Origin: a bacterium
GTDB taxonomy: Bacteria > Bacillota > Clostridia > TANB77 > UBA1234
Length of the DNA: 59,315 nucleotides
Assembly (NCBI GenBank): GCA_963637565.1
Contig: CAVHNT010000055.1
Span: forward strand, 1 to 59,315
Reading direction: 5' to 3'
The first letter of the stretch is position 1, and every line of letters begins with the position of its first letter. The notes beneath the pieces were generated by a model. The model did no database searches. It was not told where the DNA came from and saw only the letters and a program-made list of their open reading frames with translations. The position numbers were made by a program, and so were the translations under genes. Of the stretch, positions 9,873 through 17,748 are shown piece after piece.

Positions 9873-10265
9873 TCAATTTTTACTTTTTATAACTACAGTT
9901 GCTATAGCAAAAGAATCGTCATGAGATAAGCTAATATCTATATCTTCATCACTTATTCCTTTTTTCTCAGCTTCTTCTTTAAGCCTTCCAGTCAATTTAA
10001 CAACTGGTTTTCCGTTTTTCTTTTTAACTACTTCTAAGTCATGCCATGAAACATAATCCGCATTTTCAGGCGATATTGCTTTGTACATGGCCTCTTTTGC
10101 AGCAAATCTAGCAGCATAGCTTTGAAACTTACACATTCGCTTAGACTCACAATAATTGATTTCTTCATCTGTATATATTCTTTTTATAAAAGTTTCTCCC
10201 AATTCTGTTATTGAATTTTTAATTCTTGTAACGCTTATAATATCTGTACCACAAAAAACAGCCAT
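9873..10265 (-). CDS. acpS: Holo-[acyl-carrier-protein] synthase
   Basis: 130 aa. GTDIISVTRI..., RFAAKEAMYKA, ISLSHDDSFAIA. Confidence 0.9.
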   Translation of the reverse strand: MAVFCGTDIISVTRIKNSITELGETFIKRIYTDEEINYCESKRMCKFQSYAARFAAKEAMYKAISPENADYVSWHDLEVVKKKNGKPVVKLTGRLKEEAEKKGISDEDIDISLSHDDSFAIATVVIKSKN

Positions 10266-10294
10266 TATTTCTCGCCCCCTTACAATCGCTTAGA

Positions 10295-10323
10295 ATTATA
10301 TCACTATTTTGGGGTTTTGACAA
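10295..10323 (-). promoter_or_regulatory. Promoter of the acpS-metG-tatD-trpS operon
   Basis: Minus strand TTGTCA (10318-10323), 17 nt, TATAAT (10295-10300). Confidence 0.5.
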
Positions 10324-10433
10324 TGGGGACATAATTTAAAAACTTTAAATATTGAACAAAAAGAAAGTGTACCTCTAAAAGTTAAACCAAAAAACATTCA
10401 ACTTAAATTTGTACACTTTTTATCTCATACTTA

Positions 10434-10562
10434 TTAATAAGGTGCTTGTATTAAACAGTATCTTGAACATTTGCTTACACTTCCCGAAGTAACCCATTTG
10501 TGTCCCAATTTTGAACCTGATGTTGCTCCATATTTGCTACATATTTTCCATTTTACAAGCAT
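10434..10562 (-). CDS. Unannotated 42-aa small ORF (Lys/Trp/Cys/Ser-rich) directly downstream of the pilin-like gene
   Basis: Below the track cutoff. Hand translation MLVKWKICSKYGATSGSKLGHKWVTSGSVSKCSRYCLIQAPY followed by two stops. AAGAAGG RBS-like run 7-8 nt upstream. Starts 31 nt after the stop of the upstream gene. Confidence 0.3.
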   Translation of the reverse strand: MLVKWKICSKYGATSGSKLGHKWVTSGSVSKCSRYCLIQAPY

Positions 10563-10592
10563 AACTTTACCTTCTTTTGTCGGAAAGATTGT

Positions 10593-11174
10593 CTAGTCAA
10601 TTAATTCACCATTTTCATCTGTTGTTATTATAATTGACTTGCCAGAAACAAATATTTCAAAGTCTCCAGATTTACCAATTATATCTTCAGTAACAGCGTC
10701 AACACTTGTTATATAATATTTATCTCCACATTTTGTTGGAGGCCATGAAAAAACTTCTCCATTTGATGTAATCGCATACTTTACTTCAACATTTGATTTA
10801 TTTGGTAAGTTTACCTTTTCATCTGGAAGTTTTATTTCTAAATCTGCATCTTTCTCTATTATTGAATACACAGGCACATTATTTCTGTCTATAATTTCAT
10901 CTACATTTTTTCCATTCTTGGCTATGTAATTATATTTTTGCCCATCCGTTATTAATTTTCCATTTGTCACCATTTCAGAATCAAATGTTGCAGATTTTTT
11001 TCTAACAGCTTCTTGAACATTCAAAAAATTTGTAGAGAACCTTGCAAATTTTGCTCTATCTATTGAGGATGTCGAAGCTGTATACCCTATTCCAACAAGT
11101 ATTATAAGAACTATTATAGTTATTACTAGTGCAATTAATGACACTCCTCGCTTATTATTCTTTATCATTTGCAT
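10593..11174 (-). CDS. Pilin/pseudopilin-like protein with prepilin-type N-terminal hydrophobic segment
   Basis: 193 aa. N-terminus MQMIKNNKRG|VSLIALVITIIVLIILVGI resembles a class III signal peptide, but position +5 is Ala rather than Glu. Confidence 0.45.
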   Translation of the reverse strand: MQMIKNNKRGVSLIALVITIIVLIILVGIGYTASTSSIDRAKFARFSTNFLNVQEAVRKKSATFDSEMVTNGKLITDGQKYNYIAKNGKNVDEIIDRNNVPVYSIIEKDADLEIKLPDEKVNLPNKSNVEVKYAITSNGEVFSWPPTKCGDKYYITSVDAVTEDIIGKSGDFEIFVSGKSIIITTDENGELID

Positions 11175-11202
11175 TCATCCTTTCGGTATTATATCTATAT
11201 TA

Positions 11203-11231
11203 ATAATATATTTTTGTACATAAAACGTCAA
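11203..11231 (-). promoter_or_regulatory. Promoter of the pilin-like gene
   Basis: Minus strand TTGACG (11226-11231), 17 nt, TATTAT (11203-11208). Confidence 0.4.
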
Positions 11232-11286
11232 GTTTTTATGCTAGTAATTATTGCTACTACTGTTATATTTTTCATTTATTTTATGT

Positions 11287-11345
11287 AATGGGAAGGTAAT
11301 AAATTTTTCATCTTTCTTATGGTATCAATTTAAATTTTCTATCAT
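11287..11345 (+). repeat. Divergent copy (A) of the ~55-nt extragenic element also found at 33999-34062 and 59263-59315
   Basis: aatgggaaggtaataaatttttcatctttcttatggtatcaatt...ttctatcat aligns with aataggagagtaataaattttcaacttttttatgtattaattttctttctcatt. Confidence 0.35.
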
Positions 11346-11372
11346 ATATATATCTAGTAGGAGGTGCATTTA

Positions 11373-11528
11373 ATGAATAACGAAATGATGTATTCACTAT
11401 TTGTGAATAGTGTTAAGAATATGAGCGACGAAGAATTAAAAAATGCCCTAGAAAAAACAAGGAGTATGTTAAGCGAAGATGATTACTCAAAGCTTGTGGC
11501 ATTAATAAAAAAAGAACGTAATATATAA
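11373..11528 (+). CDS. Small hypothetical protein (51 aa)
   Basis: Below the track cutoff. GGAGGTG RBS 7 nt upstream. MNNEMMYSLFVNSVKNMSDEELKNALEKTRSMLSEDDYSKLVALIKKERNI. Confidence 0.5.
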   Translation: MNNEMMYSLFVNSVKNMSDEELKNALEKTRSMLSEDDYSKLVALIKKERNI

Positions 11529-11549
11529 TGTTATTAAGGGGGTGAGTTT

Positions 11550-11840
11550 GTGGGAGAAAAGCCAGATATATCTTCTATTTTAGATATGCTAAATTCGTCT
11601 TCATTTAATACGAATAACAACTCAAACTCACAAGTAAATTCAGATAGTAAAAATGAAAATTGCCAAAGCCCTAAAAAAGAATGTAACAACGTTTCAAGCA
11701 ACGCTTCTCAATGTGAAAATAAAAACCCAAATAGCAATTTTAATACCGAGCTTTTTAGCAATCTAGTTAAAGCAATGAATTCTTCTGATGGTAATAACTC
11801 TAACAATCATAGTAAAGGTTCAAATTGTTCTCGGCAATAA
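11550..11840 (+). CDS. Asn/Ser-rich low-complexity protein (GTG start); possibly the N-terminal part of a gene continued in the next ORF
   Basis: 96 aa. GGGGGTGAG RBS before the GTG. PDISSILDMLNSSS motif is echoed by PDMETMLKMMQIMKSLNS in the next ORF. Confidence 0.5.
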   Translation: MGEKPDISSILDMLNSSSFNTNNNSNSQVNSDSKNENCQSPKKECNNVSSNASQCENKNPNSNFNTELFSNLVKAMNSSDGNNSNNHSKGSNCSRQ

Positions 11841-12057
11841 CAATGATATGCCAGATATGGAAACAATGCTTAAGATGATGCAAATTATGAAGTCTTTAAA
11901 CTCAAATGAAAATAATGCAAGTGCAAATTTATTAAATTCTTTAAAACCGTTTTTACGAGATTCTAAAAAAGATAAGGTTGACCAATACATAAAGTTTATT
12001 AAACTATCTAATATCATAAGTGAATTTAATAATAAGTCGGGGGGCGACGAGAAGTGA
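11788..12057 (+). CDS. Hypothetical protein overlapping the previous ORF in the +1 frame. A realistic independent start would be the ATG at 11848, otherwise this is a frameshifted continuation
   Basis: 89-aa track ORF. No RBS before 11788 or 11848. The frame opens only at ~11779. C-terminal part LLNSLKPFLRDSKKDKVDQYIKFIKL looks like genuine coding sequence. Confidence 0.45.
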   Translation: MVITLTIIVKVQIVLGNNNDMPDMETMLKMMQIMKSLNSNENNASANLLNSLKPFLRDSKKDKVDQYIKFIKLSNIISEFNNKSGGDEK

Positions 12058-12191
12058 CTCTTCTCAATGAATTAAATTTAAAAGAAAACTTTGACAACAT
12101 ATTACTTCTTGTTTTAATTGCCTTTCTTTTTAAAGAGGGGGGTGAAGACATGATAACTATTCTACCACTAGTTCTTCTTTTAGTATCATAG
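12054..12191 (+). CDS. Small membrane protein (45 aa, GTG start overlapping the upstream stop as GTGA)
   Basis: Below the track cutoff. (M)TLLNELNLKENFDNILLLVLIAFLFKEGGEDMITILPLVLLLVS. GGGGGCGA RBS-like run upstream. Confidence 0.35.
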   Translation: MTLLNELNLKENFDNILLLVLIAFLFKEGGEDMITILPLVLLLVS

Positions 12192-12222
12192 TTTTCATGT
12201 CTTCTCTATGGATTTTTAGATG

Positions 12223-12717
12223 TTAGCTTTTTAATAATTTTGCTGGTTCAACATATCCTGGGAATATATCTGATTTCTTATTCATTCCAGCTGTGTTGAA
12301 AACAAAATCATGTTCATCAAGTATGTTGTATAGCATTGTGTTAGTATTATATACTTCATAACAATTTATTATTCTAAGTTCTGCATATAATGGCTCTAAT
12401 CTTTGAGTCAAATAATTATTTACCTCAGATATAAACTCCATTGTTCCTTGAACTATTATTGTTACAGGAACACATTCTTCTCTTATATCCATAACTAAAG
12501 CCTCGTTAAGCCATGTGATTTCATTTATACCATTTTCATTTTCGAAGCGGATATTCAATTTTTTCACTAAAGTTTTCATTCCGTTTTCTAATCTGTCTTG
12601 TGAGATTACAACAATTTTATGTTTTTGTTTTAGTTCGTCTCGTATGTATGGTAAAAGTGCTGCAAATAAATGCCATTCACTCACATAAAAATTACACGCT
12701 TTTATTATCTTATGCAT
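12223..12717 (-). CDS. Hypothetical cytoplasmic protein (164 aa from the RBS-supported start)
   Basis: The track ORF extends to 12822, but the ATG at 12717 (MHKIIKACNFYV...) has a GAAGGAGGAAAAAG RBS. No family recognised. Confidence 0.6.
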   Translation of the reverse strand: MHKIIKACNFYVSEWHLFAALLPYIRDELKQKHKIVVISQDRLENGMKTLVKKLNIRFENENGINEITWLNEALVMDIREECVPVTIIVQGTMEFISEVNNYLTQRLEPLYAELRIINCYEVYNTNTMLYNILDEHDFVFNTAGMNKKSDIFPGYVEPAKLLKS

Positions 12718-12842
12718 TCTTTTTCCTCCTTCATCTTTGTCTATGAAAATATTACCATATATTTCCATATGAGTCAATAAATATTTTCCAAATTTTGGTA
12801 TTATTTTTATATTCACTGGCAATACTCATTTTGGAGGTTGCC

Positions 12843-13418
12843 ATGAAAAAATTTATTTTATTTATATTATTTTTATTTCTAATTCTGTTTGATGCATTCA
12901 CATATGCTCACACAATTCAAAATGAAATTGCCGATAATGTAATTAGACTCCATATCATTGCAAATAGCGATGATGAATTAGATCAAAGTCTAAAAATAAA
13001 AGTCAGAGATGCAATTTTAGAATATATGAAATCTAAAGATTTTAAAAACTATACTTCTGCTTACAATAACATCTCAGATAATTTAGCGGATTTTAATAAG
13101 ATAGCCACATATACTCTAAGAGAAAATAATTGCTATAAAAGCGTTAAAGTTGAATTCAAAGAATGTTCTTTTCCTCAAAAGAAATATGACTTTTTAACAT
13201 TTCCTTCTGGCCAATATATGGCACTAAGAATAATAATAGGAGATGGAGGTGGACATAATTGGTGGTGCGTAATGTACCCAACTCTTTGTTTTTCTGATAC
13301 AGTATGTTCAAGTAATGATGCCAGTTTAACTTTAAAGGAATCATTAAGCAAAGAATGTTTTTTAATAATTGCAAACAAAAGTAAATTTAAGTTTAAAATA
13401 GTCGAACTCTTCAATTAA
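12843..13418 (+). CDS. spoIIR: Stage II sporulation protein R
   Basis: Start moved to MKKFILFILF... (GGAGG RBS). Signal peptide. Motifs IRLHIIANSDDELDQSLKIKVRDAIL and GGGHNWWCVMYPTLCF are SpoIIR hallmarks. Confidence 0.85.
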   Translation: MKKFILFILFLFLILFDAFTYAHTIQNEIADNVIRLHIIANSDDELDQSLKIKVRDAILEYMKSKDFKNYTSAYNNISDNLADFNKIATYTLRENNCYKSVKVEFKECSFPQKKYDFLTFPSGQYMALRIIIGDGGGHNWWCVMYPTLCFSDTVCSSNDASLTLKESLSKECFLIIANKSKFKFKIVELFN

Positions 13419-13426
13419 ATATGTAC

Positions 13427-13455
13427 TTGTAAATGTTTTTTAGTTGTGGTATATT
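13427..13455 (+). promoter_or_regulatory. Promoter upstream of the mgtC-family gene
   Basis: TTGTAA, 17 nt (ending in TGg), TATATT. Confidence 0.4.
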
Positions 13456-13508
13456 TTTTATGCAATAGGAAAGCATATATTCCTTAAAATATGATTGAGG
13501 GTGAATTT

Positions 13509-14222
13509 ATGGATTTTTTTAACTATTTTACATCACCATTAGCTATAGAAATATTACAAAAATTATTATTAGCATTTGTTTTGTCTTTCATAATTGGTAT
13601 AGAAAGAGAACTAATTCATAAACCTGCTGGTATTAAGACACATACGCTTATTTGCATGGCAGCAACATTAACTATGTCTCTTGGCATATACGTTCACAGT
13701 TTGTTTCCAAACACAAGTGTAGATCCAACTAGATTACCTGCTCAAATTCTTGCTGGTATAGGTTTCGTTGGTGCCGGAACAATTTTAAGAGAAGGGCTTT
13801 CTGTAAAAGGTCTTACAACAGCAGCAAGTTTATTATCAATAACTTGTATTGGACTTGCCGTAGGTGCTGGTTTTTTCGAAGGAGCAATTTACGCAACAAT
13901 TCTTATTTTTCTTACCCTTCGTTTTGTATCACCTTTTCAAAACCTTATTGCAAGCAAAGGAAAACTTACATTATTTACAATGACATCTACAAAAGAACAT
14001 GGTGTTTTAAGCAAAGCACAAGAAATGTTTGAGGAAAAAGATGCAGATATAATAAATATTAAACAAATAAAATCAAACACAAATTCAAATATAGTTATAA
14101 GATTTTTAGTTAAATGTAATGATAAAAAAGATAAAGAAACTCTTGTTCAAGAGCTTTGTAAATTAGATGGTGTTATTGAAGTAACTACTTCAGCGAAGAT
14201 CGGTAAATTAGATATCGAATAA
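13509..14222 (+). CDS. MgtC/SapB-family membrane protein
   Basis: LLLAFVLSFIIGIERELIHKPAGIKTHTLICMAATL is the MgtC signature. Start chosen at the ATG after a GAGGG RBS (track start is 13491). Confidence 0.8.
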   Translation: MDFFNYFTSPLAIEILQKLLLAFVLSFIIGIERELIHKPAGIKTHTLICMAATLTMSLGIYVHSLFPNTSVDPTRLPAQILAGIGFVGAGTILREGLSVKGLTTAASLLSITCIGLAVGAGFFEGAIYATILIFLTLRFVSPFQNLIASKGKLTLFTMTSTKEHGVLSKAQEMFEEKDADIINIKQIKSNTNSNIVIRFLVKCNDKKDKETLVQELCKLDGVIEVTTSAKIGKLDIE

Positions 14223-14247
14223 TATAACTTTTAGAAAAGAGGTACAT

Positions 14248-15513
14248 ATGGATAAATTTTTAATCAAAGGTAAAACTCCACTTAAAGGGACTGTTAGTGT
14301 TAACGGTGCTAAGAATGCTGCTGTTGCAATTCTACCAGCAACTGTACTTATTAATGGTAAATGTAGAATAGATAACATTCCTAACATAAGTGATATTTTG
14401 CGTTGCTATGATATTCTTGAATTGCTTGGTGCAAAAATAACAATAATTTCTCAAAATGAAATTGAAATAGATTGTACAAACATACAAGAAAAAGAAATTC
14501 CGCTTGATATGACAAAAAAATTCAGAGCATCATATTATTTTATAGGTGCCTTACTTGGTAGATTTGGGCACGCTTCTGTAGGTTTCCCTGGTGGATGCAA
14601 TTTTGGTTCAAGACCAATCGACCAACATATAAAGGGATTTGAAGCATTAGGTGCTGATGTAAATTGTGAAGGTGGTATGATATATGCTACATCTCAAGAA
14701 CTTTCTGGTAATTCTGTATATCTTGATGTAGTTAGCGTTGGTGCAACAATGAATATTATGCTAGCTGCTGTTTTGATTCCTGGAATAACAACAATTGAAA
14801 ATGCTGCCAAAGAACCTCATATAGTTGACTTAGCAAACTTTTTAAATACAATGGGAGCAAATATCAAAGGTGCTGGAACTGATGTTATAAAAATTACTGG
14901 TGTTGAAGAATTACGCGGTGGTTCAACATATTCAGTTGTACCTGATCAAATAGAAGCTGGTACTTTCATGATTGCCGCTGCTGCTTCACATGGTGATGTT
15001 ATTATAACTAATTGTATTACAAAACACCTAGATCCAATTTCTGCAAAGCTTATTGAAATGGGAGTTAATGTTGAAGAATCTGAAGACGGTGATAAAATTA
15101 GAGTTTGGTGTGATAAGAGAACTTCAAAAGCAAATATTAAAACTCTACCTTATCCTGGATTTCCAACAGACATGCAACCTCAAATGGCAGTTTTGCTTTC
15201 TCTTTCTGATGGAACAAGTTACCTTACTGAAGGTATATATGATTCTCGTTTTCAATATACAGAAGAATTAAGAAAGCTTGGTGCAAAAATCAGAGTTGAG
15301 GGAAAGACAGCCTGCATAGAGGGTGTTGAAACTTTAACTGGCTCTCAAGTTACAGCAACCGATTTAAGAGCTGCTGCTGCACTTATAATAGCTGGAATCT
15401 GTGCCGAAGGTGAAACAGAAATATATGGCGTTGAACATGTTGATAGAGGATATGAAAAAATAGCTGAACGTTTTAAATCTTTAGGTGCTAACATAGAAAG
15501 AATATCAGAATAA
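14248..15513 (+). CDS. murA: UDP-N-acetylglucosamine 1-carboxyvinyltransferase
   Basis: 421 aa. VNGAKNAAVAILPA, PGGCNFGSRPIDQHIKGF, YPGFPTDMQPQ. Confidence 0.95.
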   Translation: MDKFLIKGKTPLKGTVSVNGAKNAAVAILPATVLINGKCRIDNIPNISDILRCYDILELLGAKITIISQNEIEIDCTNIQEKEIPLDMTKKFRASYYFIGALLGRFGHASVGFPGGCNFGSRPIDQHIKGFEALGADVNCEGGMIYATSQELSGNSVYLDVVSVGATMNIMLAAVLIPGITTIENAAKEPHIVDLANFLNTMGANIKGAGTDVIKITGVEELRGGSTYSVVPDQIEAGTFMIAAAASHGDVIITNCITKHLDPISAKLIEMGVNVEESEDGDKIRVWCDKRTSKANIKTLPYPGFPTDMQPQMAVLLSLSDGTSYLTEGIYDSRFQYTEELRKLGAKIRVEGKTACIEGVETLTGSQVTATDLRAAAALIIAGICAEGETEIYGVEHVDRGYEKIAERFKSLGANIERISE

Positions 15514-15557
15514 TATTATAGCTTATAATATTAGACGTAATATACGGAGAAATACAT

Positions 15558-16340
15558 ATGATTAAGTTTTGTAATTTATTTAGCGGTAGTAGTGGTAATT
15601 CTACATACATTGAAAGTGAAAAATCAAAAATACTAATAGACGCTGGAGTTAGTTGTCAAAAAATTTCAAAAGCTCTTGCTAGTATTGGTGTTGAGATAGA
15701 TGAAATAAATGCAATTTTAATAACACATGAGCATATTGATCACACTAAGGGATTAACAACAATTTCAAAAAAATATAGTACTCCTATCTATGCTACACCA
15801 AAAACGTGGACACAGATGGAAAGTTTAAATGTTGTTCCTCCCTGCAAACATTTTTTTAATGCAGGCGAAGATTTTTATATAGGTGACTTAGATATTCATC
15901 CATTTTCAATACCTCATGATGCTATTGATCCTTGTGGATTTAGTGTATTATCTAATGGAAAAAAAGTTACTGTTGCTACTGACATTGGTCATGTTGAAGA
16001 GTCACTATTTTCAGAGATGAAAGGTAGTGATGTTCTTTTAATAGAATCCAACTATGATAACAATACTCTACTTTGTGGTCCTTATCCTTATTTTTTAAAG
16101 AAAAGAATTTCAAGTGATGTTGGTCATTTATCGAACGAAACCACTGGAAAGCTTGTTAAAAGGCTATATGAAAATGGAGTTACAAAATTTATCTTAGGTC
16201 ATTTAAGCAAAGAAAACAATTTTCCAGAACTTGCTTATCGAACTGTGTTAAATGAACTAAACAGTTCAAATATCAACACTCCTTTTGAACTATCAATTGC
16301 CGGCAGAGATACTATAGACGAAATTACTGAATTAGTTTAG
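15558..16340 (+). CDS. MBL-fold metallo-hydrolase (YycJ/WalJ-like)
   Basis: 260 aa. LIDAGVS..., ILITHEHIDHTKGL (HxHxDH), GHLS. Confidence 0.85.
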   Translation: MIKFCNLFSGSSGNSTYIESEKSKILIDAGVSCQKISKALASIGVEIDEINAILITHEHIDHTKGLTTISKKYSTPIYATPKTWTQMESLNVVPPCKHFFNAGEDFYIGDLDIHPFSIPHDAIDPCGFSVLSNGKKVTVATDIGHVEESLFSEMKGSDVLLIESNYDNNTLLCGPYPYFLKKRISSDVGHLSNETTGKLVKRLYENGVTKFILGHLSKENNFPELAYRTVLNELNSSNINTPFELSIAGRDTIDEITELV

Positions 16341-16358
16341 AAAAGAGGATTTTGAAGT

Positions 16359-16838
16359 ATGAATATTAGAATAATTTGCTTAGGAAAAATTAAGGAACAA
16401 TCTCTTGCAACTCTAATTGACGAGTATAAGAAAAGAATAACAAAATATGCTAATATTGAAATTGTTGAACTTGCAGATGAGTCTGTTCCAAGTAATCCAT
16501 CTGAAAAAGATATTTTGAATATTAAAAAAATAGAAGCAAATAAAATAAAATCAAAAATTCATCCTACTGATTTTGTAATTTCTCTTGATCAGTACGGAAA
16601 GCAACTTACTTCTGAAGAACTATCAGATAAAATACAAGATATTACATTAAAAGGTTTTAGTACAATAGCCTTTGTAATAGGTGGAACTACTGGACTTGAT
16701 AAAGAATTAGTTGCTAACAGTAATATGATTTTATCCTTTTCAAAATTAACATTTCCACATCAACTTATTAGATTATTTCTTTCAGAACAAATTTTTAGAG
16801 CTTTTAAAATAATGAATAATGAAAAATACCATTGGTAA
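16359..16838 (+). CDS. rlmH: 23S rRNA (pseudouridine1915-N3)-methyltransferase
   Basis: 159 aa. SPOUT fold. FVIGGTTGLDKEL..., LSFSKLTFPHQLIRLFLSEQIFRAFKI. Confidence 0.9.
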   Translation: MNIRIICLGKIKEQSLATLIDEYKKRITKYANIEIVELADESVPSNPSEKDILNIKKIEANKIKSKIHPTDFVISLDQYGKQLTSEELSDKIQDITLKGFSTIAFVIGGTTGLDKELVANSNMILSFSKLTFPHQLIRLFLSEQIFRAFKIMNNEKYHW

Positions 16839-16839
16839 T

Positions 16840-17229
16840 CTATCTTTTACTAACAGAATTTCTTTCTATTACCATTGGTATTTTTTTGTTTCCTATCAAT
16901 GGTAGATCTATATCATATTCATATCCCAGTCTAATATATATTGGTTTTCCATATTCCACTCTACTTGATGTATATGAGATTTTAAGCTTGTCTTCATCAA
17001 AGCCTTGATTTTTTAATTCTTTTTTTAATGTATTCATTTCTTTTTTTGTAAGATACCCATACTCTTCCATTATAAACACATACTTTATACATGTACTTGA
17101 AAGTCTTTCGTACCAAATGTATGGCATCAATATCTTTATAGACATAACCACCAATATTGACACAATTGATATTCCTATTGATATTATAATTGGGGTTGTT
17201 AATATTGCACTTCCTTTATTATTTTTCAT
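16840..17229 (-). CDS. DUF4320-like small membrane protein of Firmicute Tad/Flp loci
   Basis: 129 aa. N-terminal TM segment, then YIWYERLSS...YGYLT...L...L...G. Last gene of the Tad-like operon. Confidence 0.5.
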   Translation of the reverse strand: MKNNKGSAILTTPIIISIGISIVSILVVMSIKILMPYIWYERLSSTCIKYVFIMEEYGYLTKKEMNTLKKELKNQGFDEDKLKISYTSSRVEYGKPIYIRLGYEYDIDLPLIGNKKIPMVIERNSVSKR

Positions 17230-17245
17230 ATTTTCACCTTTTATC

Positions 17246-17737
17246 TTAATATTCAGTAACCATATTTAAATTTACATCTTCATGTATTGTAAACACAAAA
17301 ATATCTTCTAAAAATTCTTTTAATATAATTGGCCTAACTTTTACTTTTAATACCGTATGTATAACTCTGTTACTTGATCTTTTTTTAGTAAAAGTATCTT
17401 TCTTATCTTTTCTATAGACGTCGTATTCTTCAACATCAATATGAGTTATTAATTTTTTATCATTTGAAAAATTATCATTCAACTCATAATTGTTTTTTAA
17501 TAATTTTAGGAACTCCTCTTTGTATGCTTCTTTGTTATATGAAAAATTATCTGTATTTGTAATGTTTTTATTTACTGCTATAATTGCTGATTTGTTCATA
17601 GAATACATATCCAGCTTAACACTATATAACACACTATTTATATGACTCATGAATATTGCAATAATAAATGTAAAAACAACCAACGTTATAGCAATAAATA
17701 TTGTTCCTATCATTATAACATTTCCTTTACTATTCAT
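17246..17737 (-). CDS. TadE-like/pilus-assembly membrane protein (hypothetical)
   Basis: 163 aa. Single N-terminal TM (VIMIGTIFIAITLVVFTFIIAIF). Position in the Tad-like operon. Confidence 0.4.
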   Translation of the reverse strand: MNSKGNVIMIGTIFIAITLVVFTFIIAIFMSHINSVLYSVKLDMYSMNKSAIIAVNKNITNTDNFSYNKEAYKEEFLKLLKNNYELNDNFSNDKKLITHIDVEEYDVYRKDKKDTFTKKRSSNRVIHTVLKVKVRPIILKEFLEDIFVFTIHEDVNLNMVTEY

Positions 17738-17748
17738 ATTTCTATTCC

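Noticed and set aside
10266-10433. T-box leader upstream of the acpS-metG-tatD-trpS operon, or directly upstream of trpS
   Set aside because: trpS starts 11 nt after tatD, which leaves no room for a leader. The acpS upstream region has a promoter but no T-box or specifier-loop features.
16836-16842. rlmH (+) and the last Tad-locus gene (-) converge with stop codons only 1 nt apart and no terminator
   Set aside because: This is real but probably just compact genome organisation. It is noted in the Tad finding and is not a feature on its own.
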